Shown here: in pieces, positions 38,873-52,196 of the stretch
How positions within the stretch are numbered: position 1 is the first letter of the stretch
How the letters are laid out: the number at the start of each line of letters is the position of its first letter
Source: Octopus sinensis
Taxonomy: Eukaryota
Assembly (NCBI RefSeq): GCF_006345805.1
Contig: NC_043011.1
Coordinates: 45,458,464 to 45,522,463 of the forward strand
DNA: 64,000 bases
Reading direction: 5' to 3'
Position numbers and translations under genes: made by a program
The notes under the pieces: generated by a model
Database searches by the model: none
Told to the model about the DNA's origin: nothing
Seen by the model: only the letters and a program-made list of their open reading frames with translations

Positions 38873-38880
<8 letters not shown>
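37390..38880 (+). repeat. ~740-bp tandem duplication (about 37390-38130 and 38131-38880)
   Basis: The unique sequence is nearly identical. Differences are mostly 1-2-bp indels and microsatellite length. Confidence 0.9.
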
Positions 38881-38926
<46 letters not shown>

Positions 38927-39079
38927 GGTTTGAAAAATTGCAAAGACATAGGATATTTTCCTACTTTTCATAACATGAAACCAATGGTATCTTTAATTCA
39001 CAAATAAAGAAATTATATCCACCAATGCGGTGTTGAGCACTCATTATCTTCGTTCGACATTTACGAGTATATATATAAA

Positions 39080-39620
39080 CATATAAATAAATATGTAAAT
39101 ATATGCATATATACATGCATATATGTACATACCTACATATATATGTATATATGCATGCATATATGGACATCAAAAAACGTTGAACACAATGAGAAACAAA
39201 AACATAAAAACATAGAAACAAACTTTTTTTTCGAACAACGAAAAAAACCCCAGAGAAACGAGACATACAACATAAAGGAAATTCCCCTTCTTCAGTTGTC
39301 CCTGTTTCATCCCCTCCACGTTCCGAAGGCAAGGACAAGACGCGACTTTGTTGAAACAATCCTTCCCGCAAAGCAAATGAAATAAAATTCGGAATGTTTT
39401 TGCGGAGGGTGAAAGTGGTAACAAGAACAGGACAGTGAGAACAAAACAATAAAAAGAACAGGACAGTGAGAAAAAACCCCAGTAAAAACAAACGATGAAG
39501 GCTGTTAAGCCAAGACGATAGAAAAATTATTATGAACGCGAGGAAGACGAGCTTATGAAGGAGACAGTATAGGCACGTTTTTTCTTTACGAAGGTTGTGG
39601 GCAGAAAGACAGATTATCTT
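39080..39620 (-). mobile_element. Unclassified dispersed repeat; its 3' part is paralogous to 60730-60900 (+)
   Basis: Shared GTTTCTCATTGTGTT...CCATATATGCATG...ATGTAGGTATGTACATATATG. Confidence 0.55.
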
Positions 39621-39772
39621 TCGTCTACATCTACATTCATACAAGCATATATGAATACAAGTATATAGACCCACAGATATAAATCTACGTTCATTCTCTC
39701 ATATATCTATCTATCTATATATCTATTCTATATCTATCTATCTATCTATATATCTATATATATATATATTAT

Positions 39773-39809
<37 letters not shown>

Positions 39810-39979
39810 CCGACATATATGTAACACAGACATACATCGACATTCGTACCTGCATGATGTTTACAACTATATACACCCACTTATATCCATCTACATTCAT
39901 AGATACACGTATCTATGCAAATATATATACCTACTGACATATATTTGCATTCGTACACGTCCAAGTGTCTATGCATGCC

Positions 39980-40063
<84 letters not shown>

Positions 40064-40459
40064 CGCGAGTGTGTGTGTGTGCGTGTATGTGCATGTGTGT
40101 GGAAGAGGTGAGGAAGGTGGAATGCGCGTGTCTGTGTGTCGATGAGTCACATGATACCTGTGCAGTGGTAAATCAATACGAAACCTGGTGTGAAGTTGTC
40201 AATGAACTGACAGAAACTTGGCGGTGGCGAGATCGATCCTCAATAATTCCGGGGTTAGTAGGGTAAATGAGCTGGGGGGGGGGGTATTGACCAAAATTCT
40301 CTTTCCTTTTCCTTCTTCGTTTCCCTGCTTTCTTTCTTTCTTTCTTTTCTTTCTTCCTTCCTTCACTCATATGTTTTTTCTTTATTTCTCTTTTTCATTC
40401 AGTTGATTGCTCGAGCAGCACCGTTTCCTGATATGCATTTCCTTCATTCATTGTGTGTA

Positions 40460-40490
<31 letters not shown>

Positions 40491-40613
40491 ATATATGTGT
40501 GTGTGTGTGTAGGTCCGGATTATAAACACACACATGCACATTTATACATACATACATACTTACGTACGTACGTACGTACAGACAGACAGACAGACAAACA
40601 TAGCTAGCTAGCC

Positions 40614-40656
<43 letters not shown>

Positions 40657-40730
40657 AGATAGATAGATAGATCGATAGAGAGAGAGAGAGAGAGAGAGAG
40701 ATTGATAGATAGATAAATAGATATAGATAT

Positions 40731-40781
<51 letters not shown>

Positions 40782-40840
40782 TATATATAGATATATATAT
40801 ATCTATATATATATATATAAATATATTATATAATATATAT

Positions 40841-40896
<56 letters not shown>

Positions 40897-40901
40897 ATAG
40901 A

Positions 40902-41292
40902 TCTTTATATATAAAGTAAGGTTGTGTTGTCTGTCTACTCCGATTTAGATTCCTAATACTCCCACATTGCGGTGCAGTTTAACAAAACCGGGTATCTTAT
41001 AGTCGTAATTCATATCGAGCCCTTCTGGGTATTAGCGCGCGTGTCCGATGAGCTACGATTTAAAAAATAATTTACCATTATTTTTCCATTTTTAATGCAT
41101 ATTTTTTCAATATAAGGGGAAGTAACTCTCTAAAAAATGTCGATACGAGAGTCAACGATTTAAAAAAAAATTTACCATCATATTTTTTCCATTTTTAATG
41201 CATTTTTTTGCTATTTTTGGGCTATAACTCTATAAAAATGCTTTATAGTTATTTCCCTTACAAACCCGAGCAACGCCGGGCGATACTGCTAG
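40902..41292 (+). mobile_element. Non-autonomous Helitron
   Basis: 5' TC after A (40901), subterminal hairpin CCCG-agcaacgc-CGGG, and 3' CTAG followed by T (41293). No TSD. It has an internal ~50-bp duplication. Confidence 0.85.
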
Positions 41293-41311
41293 TATATATA
41301 TATATATATTA

Positions 41312-42197
41312 TAGGGGTTGGACAAAATAATGGAAACACCTTAAAGTTTCAAACAAATTTATTTTAATATGGGGTAGGATCGGCTTTGGCAGTAATTACA
41401 CCTTGAGTTCTACGAGGTATGAAGTCGTACAAAGTTTGAATTGTTTCCAAAGGAATTTTTGTCCATTCTTCAGTTAAAACAGTACCTAGTTCTTGTAGTT
41501 ATGATGGTGGAGGATATTGACTCATTACTTGTTTTCTAAAATGTACCATAAATGTTCCATAATATTGAGATCTGGGGTCTGCGGTAGCCAGATAAGATGT
41601 TCACCTTCACTAGAATGTTCCTCATGCCATTCATTAACAACTTTAGCTGTGTGAATTTGTGCATTATCATCCTGGTTCCGCAACCATAAAATGAATTTGA
41701 TCAGATAAAATGCTTAAATAGTCTTAACCATTAATTCTGCCATGAAGGGAAACCATTGGGCCGGCGGATTTCCAAGATATAGTCCCCCCCACCATCATCA
41801 CAGATCCTCCTCCATGTTTAACAGTTGGAAGAATGCAGTCTGGGTCAAAGGCCGGTGGTCTGAAATAAGGTAAAGGATGACTCGCATAAGACAATAACAT
41901 TCTTCCACTGCTCTAGGAACCAATTCTGTAGGGTTTTACTCCACTCTAAACGCCATGTGTGTGTGTGTGTATGTGTGTGCGGCAGGTTTCTTACAGATTC
42001 CCTGTACCAAATGCACTCACAAGGCTTTGGTCGGCCCGATACTGTAATAGAAAACACTTGCCCAAGGTGCCACGCAATGGGACTGAACCCAGAACCATGT
42101 GCTTGGGAAATAAGCTCCTTACCACACAGCTACCCCTTTGTTTAAACTTATTTACCTTAATTTGATGCTAGGTGTTTCTATTTTTGTCCAACCCCAG
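41312..42197 (-). mobile_element. Internally deleted Tc1-like element (DD36E spacing) with nested SINE A head (41957-42135)
   Basis: TIRs (T)AGGGGTTGGACAAAATAATGGAAACACCT / AGGTGTTTCTATTTTTGTCCAACCCCAG. The remnant reads DDNAQIHTAKVVNEWHEEHSSEGEHLIWLPQTPDLNIMEHLW. It is homologous to 59800-60393. Confidence 0.85.
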
Positions 42198-42385
42198 AAT
42201 ATGTGTGTGCATGTGTGTGTACATACATACATGTACTGTGTATGCCTGTGTACATACATATGTAAGTACATATGCTTGAGCATACTTAAATTTACACTTT
42301 AATACTTAGGTATACATATTTAATTTGGGGCTATTCTTGCCAATATGCACGCGCGCCCGCGTGTATATATATATATATATATATA

Positions 42386-42600
42386 TAACGGGAAGCTTTA
42401 TGAAAATAAACAAAAGACGAAGGCAGGTGGAAAACAAACGAACAATTGTATTAGTATGGCGCTCAGGAAATATAATAAAACAAGTCTTTAACGTTTCGAG
42501 CTACGCTCTTCAACAGAAAGATACACAGAGAGAGAGAAAAACACAGAAAGAAGGAGAGAAAAAAAAATGCGTGCAGTAGCTAACGAATCAACATGGCGAT
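42386..42600 (-). mobile_element. Short PLE-derived element, CTGT-core HHR-like family, within (TA)n
   Basis: 42483-42521 (-) reads TCTTT-CTGTTGAA-GAGC-gta-GCTC-GAAA-CG-TT-AAAGA. Confidence 0.6.
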
Positions 42601-42819
42601 ATATATGTATGTATGTATGTATATGTATGTTATATATATATATATATTATATATATATAATATATATATATATATATACACACACACTAATACACGCGCA
42701 TATTGAACAAATATGGCCAGAAATTTAATATATACTTAAGTATACTTGTAAGTATAAATAAATATTACTATACACGCACACACGTGCACAGTAACTAAAA
42801 GAGTCACACACATATGCAT

Positions 42820-42851
<32 letters not shown>

Positions 42852-42872
42852 ATGTACATATACACATCTGTG

Positions 42873-42903
<31 letters not shown>

Positions 42904-45106
42904 ATGTATATAAATATTAATATATATATACATATATATAAGCATATATTTATATACACACACACACACACAAAACACAAACACATTTGTGTGTGTGCGT
43001 GTGTGTGTGTGCGTGTGTGTGTGTTTGTGTGTGTGCGTGTGTGTGTGTGTGCGTGCGTGTCTGTGATGTTATGTGGCTGGATATACACTTGTTAAGTGTA
43101 TGTGTGCAAGTAAGTGATGTGTAAAATATCAAGTAGGTGTCAAGTGACGTGGGTGGGGGAGAGGTGAGGAGGTTGGTGGTTGGTGGGGGGGGATCGGGTG
43201 GATGTAAGCACAATGAACTAAGACAGGGTGTTGCAGTGTGATGTGAGGGTGGGGACAAGGTGGGCTATGTGGCGTGCGACGTATTTTAAGAGGTGTGTGT
43301 GTGTGTGTTTCGGGCTGGAGAGGCGGCAGGCGCCAGTGCTTGACATGTTGGTCTTGAATAAGTTATAAAAGACGGCGTCATCCCCTTTAAGTTTAATAAT
43401 CAGGTCTGATGCGTGTGGGGGGTGGGGAGTGTCATGTAAGGAGGGGGTGGTCGAGTGAGGGTTGTGTGGGGCGGAGCGTGAGAGGGGTGATGTGTGTTGG
43501 ATGGGATGATGTGGGTGTGTGGCGGGGTTTTGGTGTGAGTGGCGACTTGTGGTTTGTATTGTGTGTTGTGGAAGTACACGGTTGTAGGTACTGGTTGTTG
43601 TTTAACCCTAAGACGAGCCAGTTCGAACGGGACTAGGCTTGGCTGTGTGGTAAGAGGTTTGCTTCCCAACCACATGATTCCGGGTTCGGTCCCACTGCGT
43701 GGCAAGTGTCTTCTGCTATGGAGCAGGGCCGACCAAAGTAAGTACTCGAGTCGATTTCTTCGACTGTGAACCCTTCAAAGCAGTGCCCCAGCATGGCCGC
43801 AGTCCGATGACAGAAACAAGTAAAAGTTAAAAAGGGATCTAGTCTTTCTCATTCGCAAAATGACCCCTCCCCCCACTTAATTTTGCTCAGATTGTTTTCA
43901 GTTTTGGTGTATCGATGCAACTCTGAACTTTGATTACGATCAATCAATTACTTTATCTCGTAAATTAAAGAATCTGATGTTATTTGGAATTAAAGTTGGA
44001 AAATTTGGGTAATTTTAGCCAATCAACAGACAGCCTGGCTTTGGCAGCTTGTTACCATGACAACTGCACGCTGTGTTATGCTTCACCGTTGTCCATGCTG
44101 CTATTGTCTACGATGATTTCATCCGCGTGTTTCGTTTTAATTTTTCTGTGTTATATTACATATATTTCTGTACTTCTGTGTGTTAGTATTTTTCTGTGCT
44201 TTTTCTGTGTTTTAGTAGTTTTACATATTTTTCATTTCATACGTTTTGGGGACTTATTGACTCAAATAGCTGGATTTATGATTTCACTAGGTTAAATCTG
44301 TTCATGAAAATTTAAATTAGGCGTATTTCTTAAACTATTAGCTTCGCGTTTCAACAGCTTAACTGAAATTTTGCCCACGTAACTGGAACTGAGAGGGATA
44401 TCATGGAACAGAGAAACTGTGGGTGATACAGATAATTTAACATTATTTTTTGAATTCTGCATGCAAAAACATATAAGATACAGGCATTCTTTTCCTTGGG
44501 ACAAATTCTTTGTTGACCAGTGTTATTCTTATCGTGGTTTACAAATCCAAGCATAAAAACATTACTCAACTTTGGAGTTTTGGAGACAGACGTCTCCTTT
44601 TCACTCACACACACACACACTTATATACTAATGATGTACATAAATACATGGCAGGTATACTTAATACTGAAGTACACATAAAGTAAACGCATGCAGACAA
44701 ATACATTAATATAACAAATTTTTTAAAATAATAAAAACATACAATCAATGAAGAGACAAAAGAAACAGTAAGATGATACATGTTGATTTTATTAGGTATT
44801 TCTGTTTATTTAGAAACCTACAATGAACAGGTCAGACGCTAAACTATAAATTTCACAGGTTACAACCTTAAAGTTGACATCGCTCAGCTAAACGCAGAAA
44901 ATTTCTGTCTCGCTATTGGCAAAAAATACCCAGCTTTTTCGATTTTTAAACCTCTGTAACTATTTCCCCCATTTCTTTTCTCCACAACATCACACCTTCA
45001 AAGCAATGAGACTGGAAGACTACATTATTATAGCCGATTTTCAGTTTTTTTACTTCTTTTTCAAAAAGTGCATATTTCGCGAATGAAAAAAACTAGATCC
45101 GTTAAA

Positions 45107-45148
<42 letters not shown>

Positions 45149-45149
45149 C

Positions 45150-45348
45150 GTTTTGGGATTTGGTTTGCAAGATTCTTTATGTGAATTCGTGCATATTTTG
45201 TTGTTTGTGAGTCATTCTCTTTTAATGCCTTATTATTTAACACTCACTGGTTTAGTTGCCACTCATTTACTTATTTATTTTTTCTAAAATTTTCGTTGCG
45301 TCTTACAACCTTTTCAATAGTCGTATTGAAAAGGTTGCAAGACACAAC
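45150..45348 (-). mobile_element. Short (TA)n-flanked element with U3-A8 HHR-like motif and fold-back 5' end
   Basis: 45284-45320 (-) reads CTA-TTGAAAA-G-GTTGT-aagac-GCAAC-GAAA-AT-TT-TAG. An inverted partial copy is at 45323-45348. Confidence 0.55.
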
Positions 45349-45837
45349 TTGGAAGCCATCCCTTAAAAACAGATTCAGCCGCAAATCATATGATTTTATA
45401 GTTAGTGTACATAATCCTCTTTCTAATCGTCAGTGCAGGCATAACCAAGACACATAAAAATGAACAAAATTCAACATACCACATGAACACCAAATGTATC
45501 CAACATAGCACATAGAAATGTTCACACATAGAACTTATGTAAAAGGCGAGCTTTTCAAATCACATCTCGGTATACGCATGTATTCGGAATAATTCAGCAC
45601 TGAATATATTCCTGTTAAATTTAAAATTAAATATAGGATAAAATCTCTATAAGGATTTATCAAGTAGACAGCGCGAAAACCATATAAAAGGAAAAATTTA
45701 TAATTATTCCCTTTAAATGCATTTAATATATTAAGGGCATTACTACACGTAAATGCCTCACGCTGTGAAGGACCCTTTAAGTCAAAACTACCATGATAAA
45801 TATTAATATATATATATATGTGTGTATGTGTGTGTGC

Positions 45838-45869
<32 letters not shown>

Positions 45870-46417
45870 GCGTGTGTATTTGTGCTTGTCTTCGATCACG
45901 GCTTGATAACCGGTGTTAGTTTGTTTACATTCCCGTAAACTAGCAATTCAACAAAAAAGAAAAAAACGATAAAATAAGTACCAGGTTTTAAAAGAAAAAC
46001 ACATTGGGGTCAATATGTTCGACTACAACCCTTCAAGACAGTGCCCCAGCATGGTCGTAGTTCAATGACTGAAACAAGTAAAAAAAATTAAAGAAAAGAA
46101 TATGCGTGTGTGTGTTTATGCTTGTCCTCCACCACCGCTTGACAACCGGTGCTGGTTTGTTTAAGTTCCCGTAACTTAGCAGTTCGGCAAAATAATAAAT
46201 AACAGGCTTTAAATGGAATAAATAACAGACTTTGAAAATTATCGAGTACTGAGGGTCGATTCGTTCGACCAAAGCTATGCCCTAGCATGGTCGCAGTCCA
46301 ATGACTGAAACAAGCAAAAGAATAAAAGATACTTTAAAAAAAAAGACCATCTCATTAGGCATCCTTTTAAATCACCAAAATCAAACAGCAGACCTTTATC
46401 ATGATGGAAACCTCTTA

Positions 46418-46995
46418 AGGCAGCGAGCTGGCAGAAACGTTAGCACGCCGGGCGAAATGCTTTGCGGTATTTCGTCTGCCGCTACGTTCTGAGTTCAAAT
46501 TCCGCCGAGGTCGACTTTGCCTTTCATCCTTTCGGGGTCGATTAAATAAGTACCAGTTACGCACTGGAGTCGATATAATCGACTTAATCCGTCTGTCTGT
46601 CCTTGTTTGTCCTCTCTGTGTTTAGCCCCTTGTGGGTAGTAAAGAAATAGGTATTTCGTCTGCCGCTACGTTCTGAGTTCAAATTCCGCCGAGGTCGACT
46701 TTGCCTTTCATCCTTTCGGGATCAATTAAATAAGTACCAGTTACGCACTGGGGTCGATATAATCGACTTAATCCGTTTGTCTGTCCTTGTTTGTCCCCTC
46801 TGTGTTTAGCCCCTTGTGAGTAGTAAAGAAATAGGTATTTCGTCTATCTATTACGTTCTGAGTTCAAATTCCGCTGAGGTCGACTTTGCCTTTCATCCTT
46901 TCGGGGTCGATAAATTAAGTACCAGTTGCGTACTGGGGTCGATCTAATCGACTGGCTCCCTCCCCCAAAATGTCAGGCCTTGTGCCTAGTATATA
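46418..46995 (+). mobile_element. SINE family B with three tandem 184-bp units
   Basis: GGTATTTCGTCT recurs at 46466, 46650 and 46834. Confidence 0.9.
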
Positions 46996-47914
46996 AAAAA
47001 AATGATGGAGACCTCTTAGCAAATACATACATGATGGCAATAATGGATTGAGTGAAGCTGCTGACTTAGCATTGGTGAATGTGGATTGGTTTATCTTAAG
47101 TATCTTATTTTTTTTTTACTTGTTTCAGTCATTAGACTGCGGCCATGCTGGGGCACCGCCTTAAGGAATTTTTTTTTTGTCGAATGAATCGACCCCAGGA
47201 CTTATCTTTTAAAGTATGATACTTATTCTGTCGATCCATTTTGCCGAACCGGTAAGTTACGGGGGACGTAACGCACCAACATGTTAAGCGGTGGTGGGGG
47301 ATAAGCAGACACAAACTCACATGCACATACACATACATACATACATACATACATACATACATACATACATACATACATAATATATACACATATATATAGA
47401 GAGAGGCAGAGAGCGAGAGAGAGACAAGATTAATTTAAACAGCAGGGTGCAATTTAATACCGTAAAGGAAAAATTCAATCGTCATTAAATGTGACCAACT
47501 GGCGCCGAGACACCTACATTGCTAGAAATAGGAATAAAATACTCTTGGTGATATCCTATTTTTTACCGCTACTCTCTCTATTTTTTACCGCTACTACAGT
47601 GACCTCTATTCCTAGAAGCTAACTGGTCTCATGTCACCTCCACTCAAGCACTTCGGAATCTCCTGACTTTCCTTGTCTTGTCAGCCATATTGTGTCTACC
47701 CCCACGCCTCTCACTAACCACTAAATCCAGTCCTTCCTCCCCTGAATTTCAACCCTCTGAAATTCCTTCACCGTACATGGTTTTCCTACTGCTGTAGAGT
47801 TGCTACTATGTATAAGGAACGGTTCACCAGATCAACGTTATCAGTAATGAAAGACCTACGATAGTCACGGACACAAGGCCTTCCTCTAAACCCAACCAAT
47901 AAAGACAGCATATG

Positions 47915-48150
47915 AAGGTGGTGAGCTGGCAGAAACGTTAGCACGCCGGGCGAAATGCGTTGCCGTATTTCGTCTGCCGTTACGTTCTGAGTTCAAATTC
48001 CGCCGAGGTTGACTTTGCCTTTCATCCTTTCGGGGTCGATAAATTAAGTACCAGTTACGGACTGGGGTCGATGGAATCGACTTAATCCCTTTGTCTGCCC
48101 TTGTTTGTCCCCTCTGTGTTTAGCTCCTTGTGGGTAGTAAAGAAATAAAA
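47915..48150 (+). mobile_element. SINE family B, single unit
   Basis: Complete head plus one unit. Confidence 0.85.
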
Positions 48151-48364
48151 TAAAGACAACATATGGTGCTGTATTGGGTTGTTTCTCTTCTTTTAGTAAA
48201 TTTCAGTAAATTTATCGCATCCAAAGAATCCTTCTTACCGGGACACGTCGGATTAAATAGTATTTACTTTGAGTTTGTTGTTTTGGAACTAGTTTCTAGA
48301 TAATTTAGAGTTGTCTAGGCAGCAGTCTATGGACGGAACTGTGATATCGTTTCCACCTGAGGCT

Positions 48365-48566
48365 CTCTCTTTACTCTTTTACTTGTTTCAGTCATTTGAC
48401 TGCGGCCATGCTGGAGCACCGCCTTTAGTCGAGCAAATCGACACCGGGACTTATTCTTTGTAAGCCCAGTACTTATTCTATCGGTCTCTTTTGCCGAACC
48501 GCTAAGTGACGGGGACGTAAACACACAAGCATCGGTTGTCAAGCAATGCTAGGGGGAAAAGCACAG

Positions 48567-48638
<72 letters not shown>

Positions 48639-48792
48639 TACGACAGGCTTCTTTCAGTTTCCGTCTACCAAATCCACTCACAAGGCATTGGTCAACCCGG
48701 GGCTATAGCAGAAGACACTTGCCCAAGATGCCACGCAGTGGGACTGAACCCGGAACCATGTGGTTGTTAGCAAGCTACTTACCACACAGCCA
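48365..48792 (-). mobile_element. SINE family A, full length (young)
   Basis: Near-identical to 22724-23147. Confidence 0.9.
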
Positions 48793-49024
48793 CGTGTATT
48801 TTGTAAAATTATGGGGAAGCCGAGTCAATTGGTGAAGTTAATGATTTGTTTAACACGTTAAGTGCTACAGGTTATAGATTTTCATCTTCACTGCCTCAAT
48901 TTCTCTTGTGTTGTCCCTTTTTATTTGTTTTCGTGCAGCATCTGAGTATCTGTATGCTGAACACGTGATTTTAAGAATGTCCTCCACTGTACTTTAACTC
49001 ACCCAGCTTCGAAGTAATGCAAAT

Positions 49025-49260
49025 ATATTTCTTTACTACCCACAAGGGGCTAAACACAGAGGGGGACAAACAAAGACAGACAAAGGGATTAAGTCGATTA
49101 CATCGATCCCAGTGCGTAACTGGTACTTAATTTATCGACCCCGAAAGGATGAAAGGCAAAATCGACCTCGGCGGAATTTGAACTCGGAACGCAACGACAG
49201 ACGAAATACGGCTACGAATTTCGCCCGGCGTGCTAACGTTTCTGCCAGCTCGCCGCCTGC
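49025..49260 (-). mobile_element. SINE family B, single unit
   Basis: Reverse complement of the head plus unit. Confidence 0.85.
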
Positions 49261-49569
49261 AAGTAATACAGTAATGCAAATAGGGATTCTTGGTATATAG
49301 CTTTCATGTTGTGGCACATGAATACCTTATATATTGGCAAATATTTCTTTAACCCTTCACGATTTGAAGTTAAATTCTTTTTTTGCCATGCTGACATGGT
49401 ATTTCATTGGTTACGTTAGTTGTTGTGTGATGTACTTGGAGTTTTACTACTTGTTGCTGCAACTACTGTTGCTGTCGTTATAGTAATTTTTGTTGCTTAG
49501 CCTCATATTAGGTCTGACTGAACAGGTTTATGTATAACCTAAGGCAGACCAGTCATGAAGATTTCGCTT

Positions 49570-49722
49570 TGGCTGTGTGGTAAGTAGCTTGCTTACCAAC
49601 CACATGGTTCCGTGTTCAGTCACACTGCGTGGCACCTTAGGCAAGTGTCTTCTACTACAGCCGCGGGCCAACCAAAGCCTTGTGAGTGGGTTTGGTAGAT
49701 GGAAACCGAAAGAAGCCCGTCG

Positions 49723-49753
<31 letters not shown>

Positions 49754-49950
49754 GTATGTGTGTGTGTGTTTGTCCCCCCAACATCGCTTGACAACCGATG
49801 CTGGTGTGTCTACGTCCCCGTCACTTAGCGGTTCGACAAAAGAGACCGATAGAATAAGTACTAGGCTTACGAAGAATGTCCTGGGGTCGATTTGCTCGAC
49901 TAAAGGCGATGCTCCAGCATGGCCGCAGTCAAATGACTGAAACAAATAAT
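49570..49950 (+). mobile_element. SINE family A, near full length
   Basis: Head-microsatellite-tail structure. Further partial A copies lie at about 27380, 43640, 45870, 46100, 47110, 54995, 56860, 59600, 61950 and 62905. Confidence 0.88.
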
Positions 49951-50829
49951 AAAAAAATGGACTGCATTATTCAATGCGTCTTTCCTAATTTAAGACGATA
50001 AGGTGTTATTTTGAGGGAGATAAGACTTATTTTTAGCAAGAAACAGCCATACAAATGCTCTTTTGTCAGACTGTGGTGTGGTAAAGTCGTCGTTGGAGTT
50101 GAAGCTTTTAATGGGAAAACAATGGCGGTACTTCCGGTTTTTAGTATTTTGTTGTGGTGTGATCTTATGTATGGCAGAAGAGTTTTTCATTATTTGTCGT
50201 CTTTTTGTAAATGTGAGTTTTATACGACGGTACAACTATTTTTTCAATGTTTGCTTTGTTGAATGTATAGTCATTGTCGAACGGATTCTCTCACGTTCGA
50301 TGTTCATTCGTGTATATCGATCTTTTTGCGTATTATTTGTGTCGACAGTTCATTGTTCAATCGGTGTCGCAGTCGATAACTGTCCCGACTCTTTATCTGA
50401 CACAATGTATCTTAGACTACACAATTCAATGTTTCTTTAAGACAGTATGGTGTGATTTGAGGAATATTTAGCTGTTGTTTCTAGTCGGTCGTTCAACCTT
50501 ACTGAGACGTCATCTTGGTGATATTTTAAATATCCAGTAAACTTCTGATCAAAGGTGTTCCATTTATGACAATACCGTTTTTTGATTCAGATGGTGGGTC
50601 CAGCTTATTCAAGTTTGAGACATTCTGTCGCCTTTACATCATTGTTGCAGACGATTCAGTAAGAAATGGCTATGAAATATTCTGTCGCCATTATGAATAT
50701 CGTTGCAGACGACAGGAAAACGGAGCGAAGTAATGAAATGAAAAGAAAAAAAAAAAGAACAGCAGAACAAATTGTGGGGGCGGAAGATGACTTTGAGGAT
50801 GTAACGGTGTCAATAACACTACAAAAGCA

Positions 50830-51330
50830 ACAAAAATATCAACAAAAAACACTACTACCACTATCACCACCACCACCATCACCACCACTATTACCACCAC
50901 CACCATCACCACCACCACTACCATCACCACCTCCATCACCACTACCATCACCACCACCACCACCATCACCACCACCACCACCATACACTACCACCACCAC
51001 TACTATCATCATCCACTACATCATCCACAACCACCACCACCATACCACCACCACTCACCACCATACCCACCATACCACCACCACCACCATTACTATCATC
51101 ATTACTACTATAAACATCATCTCCACAACCACCATTACCACTACCACCACCACCACCACCACCACCACCACCACCACCACCACCACCACCACCACTATCA
51201 TCACTACCGTTACCACCTCTACTATTACCACATCGCTCCCACCATCACCACTACGACTATCACCGTCACCATCGCCATCATCACCACTACCACAACCATC
51301 ACCATCACCAACAACAACAACAACAACTAT
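50830..51330. repeat. (CAC/CAT/ACT)n trinucleotide tract
   Basis: Read directly. Confidence 0.95.
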
Positions 51331-51644
51331 GGCGATAACGAAAAGCGTCAACAACGACTCCCTCAGTGTTAAGTGTGAGGAAAAGGGCGAGGCCAGCTTT
51401 AACTGCAACAACAACATCAATGTCTGCCTTAAATACTTGTTATTACGTATCAATTGTGGCTTTGTTGTAATTGTTGTTAACTTGTTAACGATCTGAGAGT
51501 GTCGCCGGCAATGCCCGGCTTCCGGTAAACGGCGCTTTTCTTCACATCCGGTCTAGCTATTGTGTCTCGAACAGTATCGTTGACTGTAGTCAGGTCTGTG
51601 TCTCGGTGTGCGCAGACGCGCGCTTGTTTGCGTGTTTGTGTGTA

Positions 51645-51720
<76 letters not shown>

Positions 51721-52112
51721 GGAGAGAAAGACAGAGACAGAGAGGGTGAGGGAGACAGAGAAAGAGAGAGAGAGAGAAATATAAAGAGAGACAAAGACAC
51801 AGAGAAAGAAACAGAGATAGAGGTGAGGGACAGAGTGTATGTGTGTGAGAGGTGTATATATATATTATATATGTATCATATATATCTATATATATATATA
51901 TATATAATATATATATATATACACATTCAAAATAACACACCAACATAGGTAGATTTATGTGTAGTGTGCGTGTGCGGGTGTGTGTGTGTGTGTGTGGAGG
52001 GAAGGAAGAGAGAAGAGAGACTATCTGTTTTGATGTACAGAAACAGAAAACGTAAATATATCCTTGGTTGTGTGTGTGTCTGTATGTGTGTGTTTGTGTG
52101 TGTGTGTGTGTG

Positions 52113-52196
<84 letters not shown>

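Noticed and set aside
39290-39330. Minus-strand CTGAAGAAGGGG-aattt-CCTT
   Set aside because: No GAAA or stem III follows, so it is not a hammerhead as it stands.
49990-50660. Coding-like composition with several 80-125-aa ORFs
   Set aside because: No recognisable motif in any frame. It may be a decayed retroelement, but cannot be assigned.
51490-51600. CpG-rich patch with CCGGAAG (ETS-like) motifs and a short minus-strand ORF
   Set aside because: It is too short and the motifs too common to call a promoter or exon from sequence alone.
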